Below are positions 8,452 through 16,155 of a stretch of DNA of 34,431 bases, piece after piece. Location: the NCBI GenBank assembly GCA_050700895.1, contig JBOHEE010000024.1, positions 1 through 34,431 on the forward strand. The letters are read 5' to 3'. This stretch comes from Nitriliruptorales bacterium. Its GTDB lineage: Bacteria; Actinomycetota; Nitriliruptoria; Nitriliruptorales; JAHWKO01. The notes beneath the pieces were generated by a model. The model was given only the letters and a program-made list of their open reading frames with translations, had not been told where the DNA came from and did not search any database. Every line of letters begins with the position of its first letter. Within the stretch, counting starts at the first letter, position 1. The position numbers and the translations under genes were made by a program.

Positions 8452-9274
8452 TGGCCGCTCCCACCTCCGCCCTGGCCTGCGCGGGCGGGGCCTGCAGGTC
8501 GTCGCGCATCTCGGACTGCAGCTGTTCCCACAACGGGTCGTAGACCGCGCGGAACTCGGGCGAGGTCTGGATGGAGAAGAGGTCCCGTGGCCGGGGAAGG
8601 TCGACGCCGTACACCCTCTTGACGGTGCCAGGATGCCGCGTCATCACCATGACCCTGTCGGACAGGGAGACGGCCTCGACGAGGTCGTGGGTGATGAAGA
8701 TCACCGTCGCCTGTTCCTCCTGCCACAGGTCGAGCAGCAGCGACTGCAGTTGCAGCCGTGTCTGAACGTCGAGGGGACCGAAGGGCTCGTCCATGAGGAT
8801 GACCTCGGGGTGCCAGGCCAGGGTTCGTGCGATGTTCACGCGCGCCCGCATCCCGCCGGAGAGCTCGTGCCGGTAGTGGTTCTCGAAGCCGCCCAGCCCC
8901 ACCCGTTCGATGATCTGCTGGGCGCGACGTCCGCGTTCGTCCGCCGCGACATCCAGGACCTCCATGCCGAACTCGATGTGGCGCTGCTGGGTGCGCCAGG
9001 GAAAGAGGTTGTCCTCCTGGGTGACGTAGCCGATCTCGCCGGTGATGCCGCGGATCGGCTCGCCCTTGTAGCGCAGGAGACCCTCCGTCGGCTCCAGGAG
9101 CCCTGCGGCGAGGTTGAGGATGGTCGACTTGCCGCACCCGCTCGGCCCGACCAGCGTGAAGAACTCGCCCCGGCAGACCTCGAAGGAGACGTCCCGTACG
9201 GCCAGCACCTCACGGCCGCGTGAGTCGAAGCGCCGTGAGACGCCCTCCGCCGTGAGGATCGGACCGCCAGTCAC
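8444..9274 (-). CDS. ABC transporter ATP-binding protein, NitT/TauT family
   Basis: Motifs seen: Walker A GPSGCGKST, signature LSGGMRARV, Walker B ILMDEPFGPLD and H-loop ITHDL. A 4-nt overlap links it to the upstream SBP gene. Confidence 0.92.
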   Translation of the reverse strand: MTGGPILTAEGVSRRFDSRGREVLAVRDVSFEVCRGEFFTLVGPSGCGKSTILNLAAGLLEPTEGLLRYKGEPIRGITGEIGYVTQEDNLFPWRTQQRHIEFGMEVLDVAADERGRRAQQIIERVGLGGFENHYRHELSGGMRARVNIARTLAWHPEVILMDEPFGPLDVQTRLQLQSLLLDLWQEEQATVIFITHDLVEAVSLSDRVMVMTRHPGTVKRVYGVDLPRPRDLFSIQTSPEFRAVYDPLWEQLQSEMRDDLQAPPAQARAEVGAANG

Positions 9275-10311
9275 GGCAGGAACCGATCGTTGAAGAGCCC
9301 GAGGACGTCGGAGACCCCGATCTCCTGCTCACCCAGCATCTGCAGCGTGTTCTCGACGGCCTGCTCGGAGAGCTCGCCGTCGCTGCTGAGGGCTTCAATG
9401 ACGTTGGTCAGGGCGGAGACGAGCACCGCGCGGTCCATCTCGCCGAAGTCGGACGCGACGGCGTCCGCGATCTCCTCGGGCGAACGCTCGGCCGCCCAAG
9501 CGTTGGCCGCCTCGATGGCGCGCACGAAGGCGGCCACGGTGTTGGGGTTCTCCTCGGCGAAGTCGGGCCGTACGTAGATGTTCTCCATCATGAAGGGATC
9601 GAGCGCCCCGACGGCCCCGGCCGCGTTGTTGATCAGCATGATCCCGGCCTGCGACGCCGCCTGCTCGGAGATCGGCGACGAGATGACGATCGCCTCGACC
9701 TGTCCCTGCTGCAGGGCCGCGACGATCGCGGCACCTCCCCCGACGCCGATGATCTGGACGTCGGAGTCGGGGTCGAGTCCAGCCTGTTGGACGAGGAACC
9801 GTGCGGTGGCGTCGGTGAGTGAGCCCGGGCGCGTGACCCCGATGGTCAACCCTTCGAGGGCGGCGAGCTTCTTGTCGAGCGGCGAGTCCGCGTCGACGCC
9901 GGCCGCTTCGGCCGCTTCGGTGGACATGACGACGTTGATGATGCTGCGGTTCATGTAGTTGTAGACATTCTCGACCGCTTGGCCCTCGCGGAATGCATTG
10001 ATCTGGTAGTTCCCGGCGCCGGCGTTGAACTCGGCATCGCCGGACAGAAGCGCCTGGAGGTCCGGACCCCCGCCGGCCGTGACGATCTGCTCCACGCTCA
10101 GGCCCTGGTCCTCGAAGAAGCCTTGGGAGCGCGCCACGTAGATGGGCAGGAAGGCGAGACTGACCACGGCCTGCGTGACGCGGACGTCGGTGACCTCCGG
10201 GGCGGCTCCGGCGTCCGCGTCGGCCGTGCCGGCGTCGTCACCGCCACAGGCCGCGGCGAGCAACGCAAGGACGAGAGCGATCAGGGGCAGTCGTGTCCAG
10301 CGATTCATCAT
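9271..10311 (-). CDS. ABC transporter substrate-binding lipoprotein (NMT1/SsuA/TauA-like)
   Basis: The signal peptide carries a lipobox (LLAAAC). The body resembles NMT1/THI5-like binding proteins. A 4-nt ATGA overlap links it to the upstream FAH gene. Confidence 0.85.
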   Translation of the reverse strand: MMNRWTRLPLIALVLALLAAACGGDDAGTADADAGAAPEVTDVRVTQAVVSLAFLPIYVARSQGFFEDQGLSVEQIVTAGGGPDLQALLSGDAEFNAGAGNYQINAFREGQAVENVYNYMNRSIINVVMSTEAAEAAGVDADSPLDKKLAALEGLTIGVTRPGSLTDATARFLVQQAGLDPDSDVQIIGVGGGAAIVAALQQGQVEAIVISSPISEQAASQAGIMLINNAAGAVGALDPFMMENIYVRPDFAEENPNTVAAFVRAIEAANAWAAERSPEEIADAVASDFGEMDRAVLVSALTNVIEALSSDGELSEQAVENTLQMLGEQEIGVSDVLGLFNDRFLP

Positions 10312-11051
10312 TGCGCGGTCCCATCTTCCGAAACGATCGTGTTGCGCAGGACCCCGATCCCTTCGATCTCCACCTCGACCTCGTCCCCCGGCTTGAGCGA
10401 GCCGATACCCGAAGGCGTGCCGGTCATGATCACGTCGTCCGGTTCGAGGGTCATGATCGAGGAGATGAACGACACCAGTTCAGGGACCCCGAGGACCATC
10501 TGGTCCGTGTTCGACTTCTGCCGCGACTCGCCGTTGACCCGGGATGCGATCGACAGGCTGGCGGGATCCAGACTGCGAACGAGTATCGGGCCGAGGGGGG
10601 CGAACGTGTCGAAGCCCTTGGCGCGGGTCCACTGGGAGCCCGGCGTCTGGAAGTTGCGGGCGGTGATGTCGTTCCCGGCGGTGTACCCTGCGATGAACGC
10701 GCTGGCCTGGTCGGGTCGGATGCGTCGAGCACGGCGAGCCATGACCACGCAGAGTTCGGCCTCGTAGTCGAGACTCGTGCACTCCGGCGGGAGGATCACG
10801 TCGGTGTCAGGACCGGTCACCGTCGTGGGGGGCTTGAGGAACAGCAGGGGCTCGTCCGGGAGGGGCATCTCGATCTCCTCGGCGTGATCCCGATAGTTGA
10901 GACCGACGCACACCACCTTGGACGGCGTGCACGGGGCGAGGAGTTCGACGTCCTCGAGTGCATGCTCGCCGTACGGGGAGCGGACCCCCCCCTCAGCGAC
11001 CTCTCCCCACTCGACCGCCCCGTGGGGCGTCCGGTACCGCGCGAACTGCAT
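10308..11051 (-). CDS. Fumarylacetoacetate hydrolase (FAH) family protein
   Basis: Motifs seen: KVVCVGLNYRDHAEE, DYEAELCVV, GYTAGNDITARN, KGFDTFAPLGP and GDVIMTGTPSGIG. These are the typical FAH-fold metal and substrate motifs. Confidence 0.9.
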   Translation of the reverse strand: MQFARYRTPHGAVEWGEVAEGGVRSPYGEHALEDVELLAPCTPSKVVCVGLNYRDHAEEIEMPLPDEPLLFLKPPTTVTGPDTDVILPPECTSLDYEAELCVVMARRARRIRPDQASAFIAGYTAGNDITARNFQTPGSQWTRAKGFDTFAPLGPILVRSLDPASLSIASRVNGESRQKSNTDQMVLGVPELVSFISSIMTLEPDDVIMTGTPSGIGSLKPGDEVEVEIEGIGVLRNTIVSEDGTAQ

Positions 11052-11052
11052 C

Positions 11053-11715
11053 TCAGCCTTCCCTTCCTTCGAGTTCCGACATCACTTGGGTGACCGTGAG
11101 CGACAGGTGACGGGTGCAGGCGTCCGCCGCGGCGTCCCCGTCCCGGGCCCGTGCGGCCTCGATCAGCTCCCGGTGGCCTTCCTGGGCCTCGTCGCCGTGG
11201 CCGAGGGTGACGAGCAACTGCACGTACGGCTCCGACTGCGCCCGTAGGTTCTCGATCAGCCCGTACAACCGCGGCCGCCCCGCCATCTCGTAGTAGGCGA
11301 GGTGGAACTCGCGGTTGAGTCGCACCCAGGGGCGGCCGGGGGGCGCGTCGTCCAGCTGACGGTGCAGCTCCTCGAGCCGTTCGATGCCCACGCCGGTCGC
11401 GACGTCGGCGGCCAGCCGGCTCGCGAGGGACTCGAGCGCGATGCGCATCTCGTAGATCTCGCGGAGGTCCGCGACGGAGGGCTTGAAGACGACGGCGCTG
11501 CGGGACCGGTCCGTGGTCACGAGGCCCTCAGCCTTCAGGCGCGCGATGGCCTCACGAACGGGTGTCCGGCTGACACCAGTACGCGCCGACAGGTCCTCCT
11601 CCCGAAGCACCTCGCCGGCGTTGAGGTGACCGTTCGCGATCAGCATCCGAATCTTCAGCGCGGCGACCTCTGCAGCGGTCGCGTTCAGCGCCAGGGCCAC
11701 GTCTCCTGCTCGCAC
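11053..11715 (-). CDS. GntR-family transcriptional regulator (FadR/FCD subfamily)
   Basis: A winged HTH (LREEDLSARTGVSRTPVREAIARLKAEGLV) is followed by an all-helical FCD-like C-terminal domain. GTG 11715 is preferred because the 16 codons between ATG 11763 and it have low third-position GC. The stop lies 1 nt from the FAH start. Confidence 0.85.
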   Translation of the reverse strand: MRAGDVALALNATAAEVAALKIRMLIANGHLNAGEVLREEDLSARTGVSRTPVREAIARLKAEGLVTTDRSRSAVVFKPSVADLREIYEMRIALESLASRLAADVATGVGIERLEELHRQLDDAPPGRPWVRLNREFHLAYYEMAGRPRLYGLIENLRAQSEPYVQLLVTLGHGDEAQEGHRELIEAARARDGDAAADACTRHLSLTVTQVMSELEGREG

Positions 11716-11721
11716 ATTTGC

Positions 11722-11740
11722 ACATGTTATGATCACATGT
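11722..11740. promoter_or_regulatory. Candidate GntR operator: ACATGT-TATGATC-ACATGT
   Basis: Two copies of the self-complementary hexamer ACATGT flank a near-palindromic core (ATGATCA). The site lies in an AT-richer patch immediately upstream of the GntR start, within the divergent intergenic region. Confidence 0.35.
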
Positions 11741-11822
11741 CCTTGTACGCAAAAACGGTACACGACGTCGAGGTCTGATCGACCAGCATCGAAGGGCCGG
11801 ACACACGATCGAGCGAGGACCC

Positions 11823-12296
11823 ATGGGACTGTTGCGAGGAGCCGGCGCCGGAGTGATCGGCGTCGCCGGCATGGCCGGAGCGATTACCACCCTGCGCCGA
11901 GCGATTCTGCCTCCGGACCACGAGGTCAAAACCCACCCGGAGAACGTGGTCGAACGCGCGTACGGCCTCGCCGGTCGGGCCGAAGAGCTCGACATCGTGA
12001 CCCGCCGGCGGCTGGGTGACCTGATCCACTACGGCTACGGCGCGGCCTGGGGCGCTGCCTACGCGGCGGCCACGGCCGGCCGGCGTCCACACCCGTTGGT
12101 GGGAGGGCCAGTGCTGGCTGCGGGTTTGTGGGGGCTCGGCTTCTGCGTGATGTTCCCGGCCACCGGCGTGCACCCGGGGCCGTGGCGCTGGGAGGGCCGC
12201 GAGTTTCTGCTCACGGGGGTCGCCCACGCTGTATACGGGGCGGTCATGGCCCTCGTGCTCGACGCTCTCGATGGGCTGGCCGGGGAGGCGCGATGA
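11823..12296 (+). CDS. Hypothetical small membrane protein (Gly/Ala-rich TM helices)
   Basis: This 157-aa ORF is divergent from the GntR gene. It has hydrophobic segments (GVIGVAGMAGAI, GYGAAWGAAYAAA, VLAAGLWGLGFCVMF, LLTGVAHAVYGAVMALVL). I did not recognise a family. Confidence 0.55.
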   Translation: MGLLRGAGAGVIGVAGMAGAITTLRRAILPPDHEVKTHPENVVERAYGLAGRAEELDIVTRRRLGDLIHYGYGAAWGAAYAAATAGRRPHPLVGGPVLAAGLWGLGFCVMFPATGVHPGPWRWEGREFLLTGVAHAVYGAVMALVLDALDGLAGEAR

Positions 12297-12383
12297 CCGC
12301 AGGCTGGCGGCGTGTGTTGGCCAGCGCAGGTTCTTCGCTGTGCCTCGGGGTGGGGTCGCCTACGGAGCCAACTGGTAGCAGGA

Positions 12384-12413
12384 AATAGCAATCTTCGCTA
12401 TTGGGAGTATGCT
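12384..12413 (+). promoter_or_regulatory. Candidate parDE promoter with overlapping inverted repeat (AATAGC-N7-GCTATT; -10 TATGCT)
   Basis: This is the only AT-rich patch in the region. The inverted repeat spans 12384-12389/12397-12402. A -35-like ATAGCA (12385-12390) lies 17 nt from TATGCT (12408-12413), and the RBS GGAAGG sits before ATG 12441. Confidence 0.3.
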
Positions 12414-12440
12414 GGGCTCAGCGCCGTGGAAGGTCATCGG

Positions 12441-12701
12441 ATGAACGTGTCGTTGACGTCTGAGCTCGAGGAGATGATCCACGAGCGGGTACGCAGTGGC
12501 CGCTACACGTCGGCCAGCGAGGTCGTCCGCGAGGCCCTGCGCCTGCTGGCGTATCGGGACGAGCTGCGCCAGCTGCGTCTGGAAGAGTTCCGGGCCAAGG
12601 TCGCCGAGGGACTGGACTCGCTCGACCGCGGTGAGGGCCGCGACGGTGACGAGGTCATCGACGAGACCCTCGGCGCGCCGTCCAGCTCGAAGGCTGGCTG
12701 A
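12441..12701 (+). CDS. parD: Type II antitoxin, ParD/CopG ribbon-helix-helix family
   Basis: MNVSLTSELEEMIHERVRSGRYTSASEVVREALRLL...L....GL.S...G is the characteristic ParD (COG3609) pattern. The gene ends 2 nt before the toxin start. Confidence 0.85.
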   Translation: MNVSLTSELEEMIHERVRSGRYTSASEVVREALRLLAYRDELRQLRLEEFRAKVAEGLDSLDRGEGRDGDEVIDETLGAPSSSKAG

Positions 12702-12703
12702 GG

Positions 12704-12931
12704 TTGAGCTCATTCGTCCTCTCGGGTCCGGCGGCGGCCGACCTGGGTGAGATCCACGCGTGGATCGCCAAGGATGACCCCGCGGCTGCCCGTCGGGTCC
12801 TGGAGGACCTGCGAGCAGCGATGCACCGGTTGGTCGACCACCCCGGTCTCGGGCACGTCCGCGACGACCTTGCCGACGAGACCCTGCGCGCTTGGCCGGT
12901 TCACTCCTACCTGGTGATCTACCCCTACTGA
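12704..12931 (+). CDS. parE: ParE/RelE-family toxin, apparently C-terminally truncated (75 aa)
   Basis: TTG start. The pattern L...A..DL.EI..WIA.D.P.AA.RV...L......L.DHPGLG..R.DL......W.V.SYLVIY matches ParE. The ORF stops right after the YLVIY strand, where family members continue with ..V.I.RVLHG.RD. Confidence 0.7.
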   Translation: MSSFVLSGPAAADLGEIHAWIAKDDPAAARRVLEDLRAAMHRLVDHPGLGHVRDDLADETLRAWPVHSYLVIYPY

Positions 12932-13002
12932 GCACGCGGCACATGATCAGTATCGCTCGATCGCCGGGCACCAGGGCCGAGCGAAGCATCGGCGGTTTCC
13001 GG

Positions 13003-14115
13003 CTACGTGGTATCGGTCGCCCAGATGACCCAGCTGAGCGACGCGTCTCGGTACTCCGCGGTGATCTCCCAGCAGCCAGGCGTAGGTAGCGTTATCGACG
13101 TGAGCATGAACAGGTTGCTCTCGACCCACCCGTGGGTGCTCCCCTCGTTGTGGGCCTCGGGTGCCTCGCCGTCGATCCGCTCCGCCGTGACGCGCACGTC
13201 GGGCTGCGGTTCCTCCGACGCGCGGCCCTGGTGGACGCTCCAGAGGAACAGCTTCGGCTTCCCGAGCTCACCACGGAACGGCCGCCAGACGCTGCCGTCA
13301 TCGTCGAGGATCACCCACAGATCGTCGGACCCGTACCACGCGCCCTCCGCGAACCCGCTGTGGTAGCGCTCGAGGGGCATGAAGTCCCCCTCGGGGATCG
13401 TCACCGGGCACGACGCCGGCGGTCGCGCTGGATCGTGCTGGTCAGGCTGGTCTGTCGAACCCTCCTCGTCGGCGAACACCTCGAACGAGCCGTAGGCCTG
13501 CATGAGGGGCCGTCGGTCGACGGCATCGAGGTGGACCTGCCAGCGAACCTGATACCAGCCAGGTGACAGTGCGTCGAGGCTCTGGCCGTAGATTCCCGTA
13601 CCGAGCCCCGGCGTGTCGAAGCAGGCGCCGCCCTCATCGAGCGACTCGCCCGGTTCCAGCTCCTCGCGGTCGTTGAACAGCGGCTGTGGGATCGGCCACC
13701 ATCGTGCGCCGTCCCACTCGGCGAGGCTGCACTCGCGCCAGGCGTAGACCGGCACGTCACCTCGGTTCACGAGCATCGTGGAAGGAAATGCTTCCGGGGT
13801 GACCTGCCGCGGCTCGATCACGAGTTCAACCGTCGCCGTTCCCTCGCTGGTGTCCAGCGACGGGGCGCTGGGTCCGTCCAGGGGTGGCCCGTCGACGCCT
13901 CCCGGGGCGGTGACGGTCATCTCGCCGCGGCGGTCCGGCAGGAGGGAGGCGCCGACGAGCACGACGCCGGTGAGGACGGCCACGCCAACGACGAACGCCC
14001 CAGCTCGTTTGGCGTGTCGACGCCGGCGTCCGGTGCGGACGACACGTGCCGTGTCGATGCTGTGGACGGGACGGTCGGCGGTTTCGCGCAGGAGCTGCTT
14101 GAGGTCATGCACCAT
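13003..14115 (-). CDS. Single-pass membrane protein co-translated with the ECF sigma factor (putative anti-sigma/sensor, uncharacterised extracytoplasmic domain)
   Basis: ATG 14115 overlaps the sigma factor stop (14105-14107) by 11 nt. A ~45-aa basic cytoplasmic head is followed by one TM (AGAFVVGVAVLTGVVLVGASLL) and a ~300-aa external domain that I do not recognise. No HxxxCxxC zinc anti-sigma motif is present. Confidence 0.7.
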   Translation of the reverse strand: MVHDLKQLLRETADRPVHSIDTARVVRTGRRRRHAKRAGAFVVGVAVLTGVVLVGASLLPDRRGEMTVTAPGGVDGPPLDGPSAPSLDTSEGTATVELVIEPRQVTPEAFPSTMLVNRGDVPVYAWRECSLAEWDGARWWPIPQPLFNDREELEPGESLDEGGACFDTPGLGTGIYGQSLDALSPGWYQVRWQVHLDAVDRRPLMQAYGSFEVFADEEGSTDQPDQHDPARPPASCPVTIPEGDFMPLERYHSGFAEGAWYGSDDLWVILDDDGSVWRPFRGELGKPKLFLWSVHQGRASEEPQPDVRVTAERIDGEAPEAHNEGSTHGWVESNLFMLTSITLPTPGCWEITAEYRDASLSWVIWATDTT

Positions 14116-14653
14116 CGGAGACCTCCTCGGGGATCGTCGGGAAGTCCGCGCTGAGTTCTTCGCGCAGGGCTCGCAGGGCACGATGGGTCAACCCTCGGAC
14201 GGCGCCCTCCGTCGTCCCCAGCAGGGCTGCGGTCTGCTCGACGGACAGGTCGAGGGCATAGCGCAACAGCACCGCGTCCCGTTGTGCGGAGGTGAGCCGC
14301 CTGAGGGCATCTCGGACCACGATCTGGGACGCGACATCGACGTCAGGGCGGGCCTCGACATCGTGGGCGTGCGTGCGGGCTCGACGGGCGACCGCTCGCC
14401 GTCGGAACCACGAACGCGACAGGTTCGCACCAACACGGAAACACCAGCCGACGGGAGCATCCATCGCACTGACCTGCTCCCACCGCTCGCAGGCGCGGGT
14501 CAGTGCCTCCTGGGCGAACTCCTCCGCGAGATGGACGTCACCGCACTCGTGCGCGAGCAGGCCGACGAGTTGCGGGAACGCGTCGGCGCAGAAACGCTCG
14601 AGCGCCGCATCAGGCGTCAACGGTGACCTCGCCTCGGCTGAGCCTTCGCCCAT
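14105..14653 (-). CDS. ECF-type RNA polymerase sigma-70 family factor
   Basis: Region 2 (FPQLVGLLAHECGDVHLAEEFAQEALTRACERW, ..PVGWCFRVGANLSRSWFRR) and region 4 HTH (LTSAQRDAVLLRYALDLSVEQTAALLGTTEGAVRGLTHRALRAL) are both present. Confidence 0.9.
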   Translation of the reverse strand: MGEGSAEARSPLTPDAALERFCADAFPQLVGLLAHECGDVHLAEEFAQEALTRACERWEQVSAMDAPVGWCFRVGANLSRSWFRRRAVARRARTHAHDVEARPDVDVASQIVVRDALRRLTSAQRDAVLLRYALDLSVEQTAALLGTTEGAVRGLTHRALRALREELSADFPTIPEEVSDGA

Positions 14654-14701
14654 AACACGCCTGACACACGTCCGGCGTCACGCAGCTTGTCCCCATCGCT
14701 G

Positions 14702-14730
14702 TAGACGTGCGAGCCGGACCAGACGTTCAC
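14702..14730 (-). promoter_or_regulatory. Candidate autoregulated ECF promoter GTGAAC-N17-CGTCTA
   Basis: On the minus strand, GTGAAC (14730-14725) is followed by a 17-nt spacer and CGTCTA (14707-14702). This lies about 48 nt upstream of the sigma factor ATG and fits the AAC...CGT hallmark of ECF promoters. Confidence 0.4.
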
Positions 14731-14889
14731 GCCTTCGGCGGCCCGGACTGCTCTCCCGCGTCATCCAACACTGACGGGGCGACCTGGGACCTGGCGTACC
14801 AGCTGGATCGCCTGCTTCCCAGACGGCGTTTCGGTGGAGAAGAACGGCTGCGTGGCAACATCCCCGCAGGTGCGAGGGGAGACGATGGG

Positions 14890-15162
14890 CTAGTCAGGCG
14901 GGCCGCTGAGGCGGCGGGCCTCGACCTCCCACGGGTGACGCTCGTACGAGAAGCCACAGCGGATCCACGCCCACAGGTAGCCGAGGTAGAAGCCGAAGAA
15001 CCCGCGCTGCACGTACTGTCGCCAGTGGACCTCCTCGTGGCGACGGAGTCCGGGGGAGTCGCGACCGCGCCGGATGAAGATGCCCCACGGTGGCAGGGTC
15101 ATGGCTCCGATCCAGGGCAGGGGGAGCCAGCGCACGTTCACGAACCGCGGTGTGGTCCGCAT
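14890..15162 (-). CDS. Small (90 aa) HExxH-motif protein, uncharacterised putative metallopeptidase-like family
   Basis: A strong RBS (CCAGGAGGTGTCCAC-ATG) precedes ATG 15162. The pattern GAMTLPPWGIFIR....SPGLRRHEEVHWRQY...GFFGFYLGYLW......YERHPWEVEA resembles a widespread unannotated HExxH family. The longer ORF-track version (to 15744) is Arg/Pro-rich and runs through the intergenic repeat. Confidence 0.65.
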   Translation of the reverse strand: MRTTPRFVNVRWLPLPWIGAMTLPPWGIFIRRGRDSPGLRRHEEVHWRQYVQRGFFGFYLGYLWAWIRCGFSYERHPWEVEARRLSGPPD

Positions 15163-15222
15163 GTGGACACCTCCTGGCCGGTGATCGCACGGATGTGCCG
15201 CGGATTCAACCGGCTCCGAGAA

Positions 15223-15304
15223 CGACGCGATGGCCGGAGCGACAGCCGGTGCGGCCGCGCCCGCGACGCGATGGCCGGAGCGACAGCCGGTGCGGCCGCG
15301 CCCG
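15223..15304. repeat. Perfect tandem duplication, 2 x 41 bp
   Basis: Segments 15223-15263 and 15264-15304 are identical (CGACGCGATGGCCGGAGCGACAGCCGGTGCGGCCGCGCCCG). They lie in the divergent intergenic region between the HExxH gene and the amidase gene. Each unit carries an ATG and a GCGGCCGC palindrome. Confidence 0.95.
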
Positions 15305-15328
15305 ACCGTTGCGGGTACGGTCGCTCGG

Positions 15329-16147
15329 ATGTGTGAACGGGGTCCGCGGCGCGAAGGGCCGGCTCTCACCCGACGGGCTCTCCTTCGCGCCGGCATCGTG
15401 GGGCTGGCGGCCGCTTGTACCCCGACGTCGGGCTCGGCACCGCTCACGCGACCCCAGACGAGCGCCCCGGACCGGCCACCGACCACTGCGCCGAGCGCTC
15501 TTCCACCCCCGGCCGAGGCCCCCGGCGGCCACGGACTCCGCATCGCGGAGCCGCCACGGAACACGGTCCCGCTCATCTGCCGTGACGCGTGGGGGGCCGC
15601 GCCCTCGGGCCCGGGCGGCCGACCGCACTCGATCGGTCGGCTCATGGTCCACCACTCGGCCGTCGCGCTGAAGGACAACCGGGACGCGCCCGGGCGGTGG
15701 CGGCAGCACCAGCGACACCACCAGGCGCAGGGCTGGCCCGACATCGCCTACCACGTCGGCGTGGATCGCCGGGGAAACCTCTACGAGCTCCGCGACCCGT
15801 GGATCGCCGGCGACACCTTCACCGAGTACGACCCTGCGGGCTGGCTTCTCGTCGTCGCCGAGGGCGACTTCGACGAGCAGCAGCCGACCGGCGACCAGCT
15901 GGAGGGGATCGCCCAGGCCCTCGCCTGGGGGGCGACGGCGCTGGGCGGCGATCCGGCCAGCCTCGCCTCCCACCGCGACCACGCCGCCACTTCGTGTCCG
16001 GGCGACGCGCTCCATGCGAGGGTCCGGGACGGGTCGCTGGCGGCCCGGGTCCGCGACCTCGTCGCGGGAGGAGGCGTCGAGGTCGTCCCGCTCTGTGGCG
16101 AGGCCGGCCGCGCGCACGTGTCGAGCATCGAGTCCGGTGGCGCCTGA
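15329..16147 (+). CDS. N-acetylmuramoyl-L-alanine amidase (Amidase_2/PGRP domain), Tat-type lipoprotein signal
   Basis: The twin-arginine signal LTRRALLRAGIVGLAAAC carries a lipobox Cys. Zinc-amidase residues are seen in LMVHHSA, IAYHVGVDRRGNLYE and ASHRDHAATSCPG. ATG 15230 (ORF track) is in frame only because of the 41-bp duplication. Confidence 0.85.
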   Translation: MCERGPRREGPALTRRALLRAGIVGLAAACTPTSGSAPLTRPQTSAPDRPPTTAPSALPPPAEAPGGHGLRIAEPPRNTVPLICRDAWGAAPSGPGGRPHSIGRLMVHHSAVALKDNRDAPGRWRQHQRHHQAQGWPDIAYHVGVDRRGNLYELRDPWIAGDTFTEYDPAGWLLVVAEGDFDEQQPTGDQLEGIAQALAWGATALGGDPASLASHRDHAATSCPGDALHARVRDGSLAARVRDLVAGGGVEVVPLCGEAGRAHVSSIESGGA

Positions 16148-16155
16148 GCGCCGGG

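Noticed and set aside
12312-12440. Longer ParD ORF starting at 12312
   Set aside because: The upstream 43 codons cross the AT-rich promoter-like patch and the inverted repeat. ATG 12441 has a GGAAGG RBS and yields the canonical MNVSLT... ParD N-terminus.
15230-15328. N-terminal 33-aa extension of the amidase from ATG 15230 (ORF-track start)
   Set aside because: The extension consists of the 41-bp repeat sequence, has no RBS and would bury the Tat/lipobox signal. ATG 15329 gives a canonical twin-arginine lipoprotein precursor. It is kept as a possibility only in the duplication finding.
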